From assembly GCA_964252035.1 (NCBI GenBank), contig OZ176216.1: a stretch of 64,000 bases of DNA, one strand, 5' to 3'. Positions 62,040 through 64,000 of the stretch are shown here, piece after piece. Under the pieces are notes generated by a model. It saw only the letters and a program-made list of their open reading frames with translations, was not told the origin of the DNA and made no database searches. This DNA is from Podarcis erhardii. Taxonomy: Eukaryota. The position numbers were made by a program, and so were the translations under genes. The number at the start of each line of letters is the position of its first letter. The stretch's first letter is position 1.

Positions 62040-63039
62040 CCTCTACCTATTCTCCATGTTATCCTTACCCAGGTGCACCTATCACCTTTCGATGCCCTTT
62101 AATATCTGTCATTATAATGGGCCTATAAAGAAACAAGGCAAGAGATGTCAACCATATCTGGAGGTTATTTAGTCCTCTGTTCTTGAAACTTTGCACCAAT
62201 CATGCCCCACAGAGCAAATTTTGAGCTGGAACATTGGTTAGTGGGAGTGTACTTTCCTGGTTGAGTCTCTGACACCTTCAGTTAAAAAGGGGTCTAAGGC
62301 AGTAGAGCTAAAAACTTTCTTGCCCTAGTTGGCACTTCTGGGCTAAGAGCTCCAATGGTCTGATGACCCAGAACCATGTTTCCTAATCCATTTCCAACAG
62401 CACAGCAGCTAATTTGCAGAATCTGCCATATCTTTGGTTCAATAAAGGGACTTTCAGAAGGTCAGAACTTATGAGATCAGCCTGTAGTTTGGAGCTTTAA
62501 AAGAATTTGGCACCCATTGCAAAGGAAGCTGATTTTCAGTTCCATTGAGACCATGGGATTACGTCAATTTGCTGTCTCTCTCAAGACAGCCATTTGAAAA
62601 AAACATCTAGACTTTGATAGGACGGAGGGGCAAATCTCCTCAATGCTTCCTAAATGGTTGATGTGAAAGGTTTCACAGCAATTTATTTGAGTGAGAGAGT
62701 TGTGTTTTGTTTTGTTTTAAAAAAAAGAAGCTGTTGAAATTAGAAATACATTAAGGTTTAAATGTTTAATGATTTTCTTTGTGTCTGCTGAAATCTGTGA
62801 TAGCATCTCTGAAGTCTTAAAAACTGTAGTGCTTTATTCCTTCTCTGTTACATTATATGCGTATTTCTTACGATTATGCTCTGCTACATACCTGGCACTT
62901 CATAATCCCTGTTAAATTATATGCATCTCTGGATAGTTTGCTTTGAGGAAACACCATGAAATGAAAGATTAGAAGGGCAAGAAACACTCCCTTGTTGGCA
63001 ACTGCAGTGGGTGCACTGTTGTCTCTGAGCAGAGACACA

Positions 63040-63281
63040 CAGGGGCATAGCGTGTTTTGCTGACACCCGGGGCGGAAGGCAGGGTGGAGCACGTTTGCCC
63101 AGCTATCACTGCCCACACTGCTGGGTGGGTGCTCACACACTGGGCAGGGGTGGGTGCAGAGGGTGCTCTTCACTGCTGGAGCCAGGTAAGGCACGATGCA
63201 GGGAGCACCTGGTATGCCCCCCTCCAGATTGCGCTCCTAGTCCTGGGGCAATGCTCCCCCCGCCCCCATGCTATGCCACTG
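63040..63281. mobile_element. Older hAT MITE related to the CAGTGGCGTAGC family
   Basis: TIRs caggggcatagcgtg / catgctatgccactg (CpG-decayed); TSD GAGACACA/GAGACACG (7/8); subterminal gctgacacccggggc. Confidence 0.8.
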
Positions 63282-64000
63282 GAGACACGTGACACAATGT
63301 GACAGTGTCATGATGCCCTTCCAACTTCCCTTTCTCTGGACGCTGAGCTTCTGGCGGCTTGGGACAACTTTTCCCTCCCCTCAACTGCGCCCCAGATTAC
63401 TGTAGATATTCTTTAATCCAACAGGGCTTGATTGGGCTCGCTGAGAACAAAGCCATCCCCTTTCCACGTAGAACGTCTGCAGTACCATATAGCAAAATAG
63501 CCCAAATAATCCTCTGCAGGTGACTTTAGATAAATTATGGAGATGCTTCTCATTCAAAGGCCTGTGTGATGATTCTGCTGCACTGAACACCCACTGTGGG
63601 CAGCCTGTTCAGCCCAGACAACCTGCATTCCCCATTGTCACTTGGCTGCCCTCCCACCTGTTGTTGCCAAAATGCTAGAAAGGGTCATCCCTGCTGCTCA
63701 CTCACCACTGCTTTCTCTCTTCTTTCTCTGCCTGTATCTATTTCTGTTGCACACTGTGTGTTTGCTGGCTTGCCCCAGTTCAGATTGAGAGCATTCTTCA
63801 GTGTCAAAGCGCTGCCATTAGGAACTCCTCTTTATATTCATCCTCATTTACTTCATCTCAGTCCATTGAGCTTGGCCATTTTTCATTTCTTCAAGCATTC
63901 TCAGGGCTCATCCACACTTTCCCTCACCACATATTTTGATTGTTTTGTGTACCGATTAATTCTCCCAGGCCCGAGAGCTTTTCTCCTTCTTCCACAGCCA

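Larger units (their letters stand above)
1..64000 (+). other. GRIK4: Window lies within the GRIK4 transcription unit (two exons, otherwise intron)
   Basis: The 44055 exon starts in phase 1 and needs an upstream signal-peptide exon, which I did not find in 1-44054. The expected next exon (VPHFKVAPEE) was not found in 59595-64000. No other host coding exon was recognised. Confidence 0.8.

Noticed and set aside
63960-64000. Acceptor of the next GRIK4 exon at the window end (ttcttccacag)
   Set aside because: It is followed by CCA, not a Val codon of VPHFK, and there is too little sequence to test.

Overview
This is eukaryotic, repeat-rich vertebrate DNA. The SINE, LINE and MITE content points to a squamate reptile, probably a lacertid lizard (inference). 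The whole window appears to lie inside GRIK4 (kainate receptor subunit GluK4/KA1) on the + strand. Two coding exons of the amino-terminal domain are visible: 44055-44219 (165 nt, phase 1/1) and 59497-59594 (98 nt, phase 1/0). I could not find the signal-peptide exon or the next exon (VPHFKVAPEE) in the window. The rest is intron: L1, L2, CR1, RTE-X-like and Penelope fragments, several tRNA-derived SINE families, solo LTRs, hAT and Tc1/mariner-pogo MITEs, microsatellites and one assembly gap. Most ORFs in the supplied track are chance or TE-derived. The most unusual observations are: (i) young hAT elements with shared ~100-bp ends but unrelated, CpG-island-like interiors (possible Pack-type capture of host promoter/5' UTR DNA); (ii) an L1-tailed retroposon carrying an ORF1-like rather than ORF2 sequence (possible half-L1); (iii) a SINE>LTR>LINE triple nest with both inner TSDs intact; (iv) a perfect 31-bp-arm palindrome; and (v) an antisense solo LTR with a CCAAT-box array 0.44 kb from a GRIK4 exon. 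All family names come from recall and motif recognition, not database searches.
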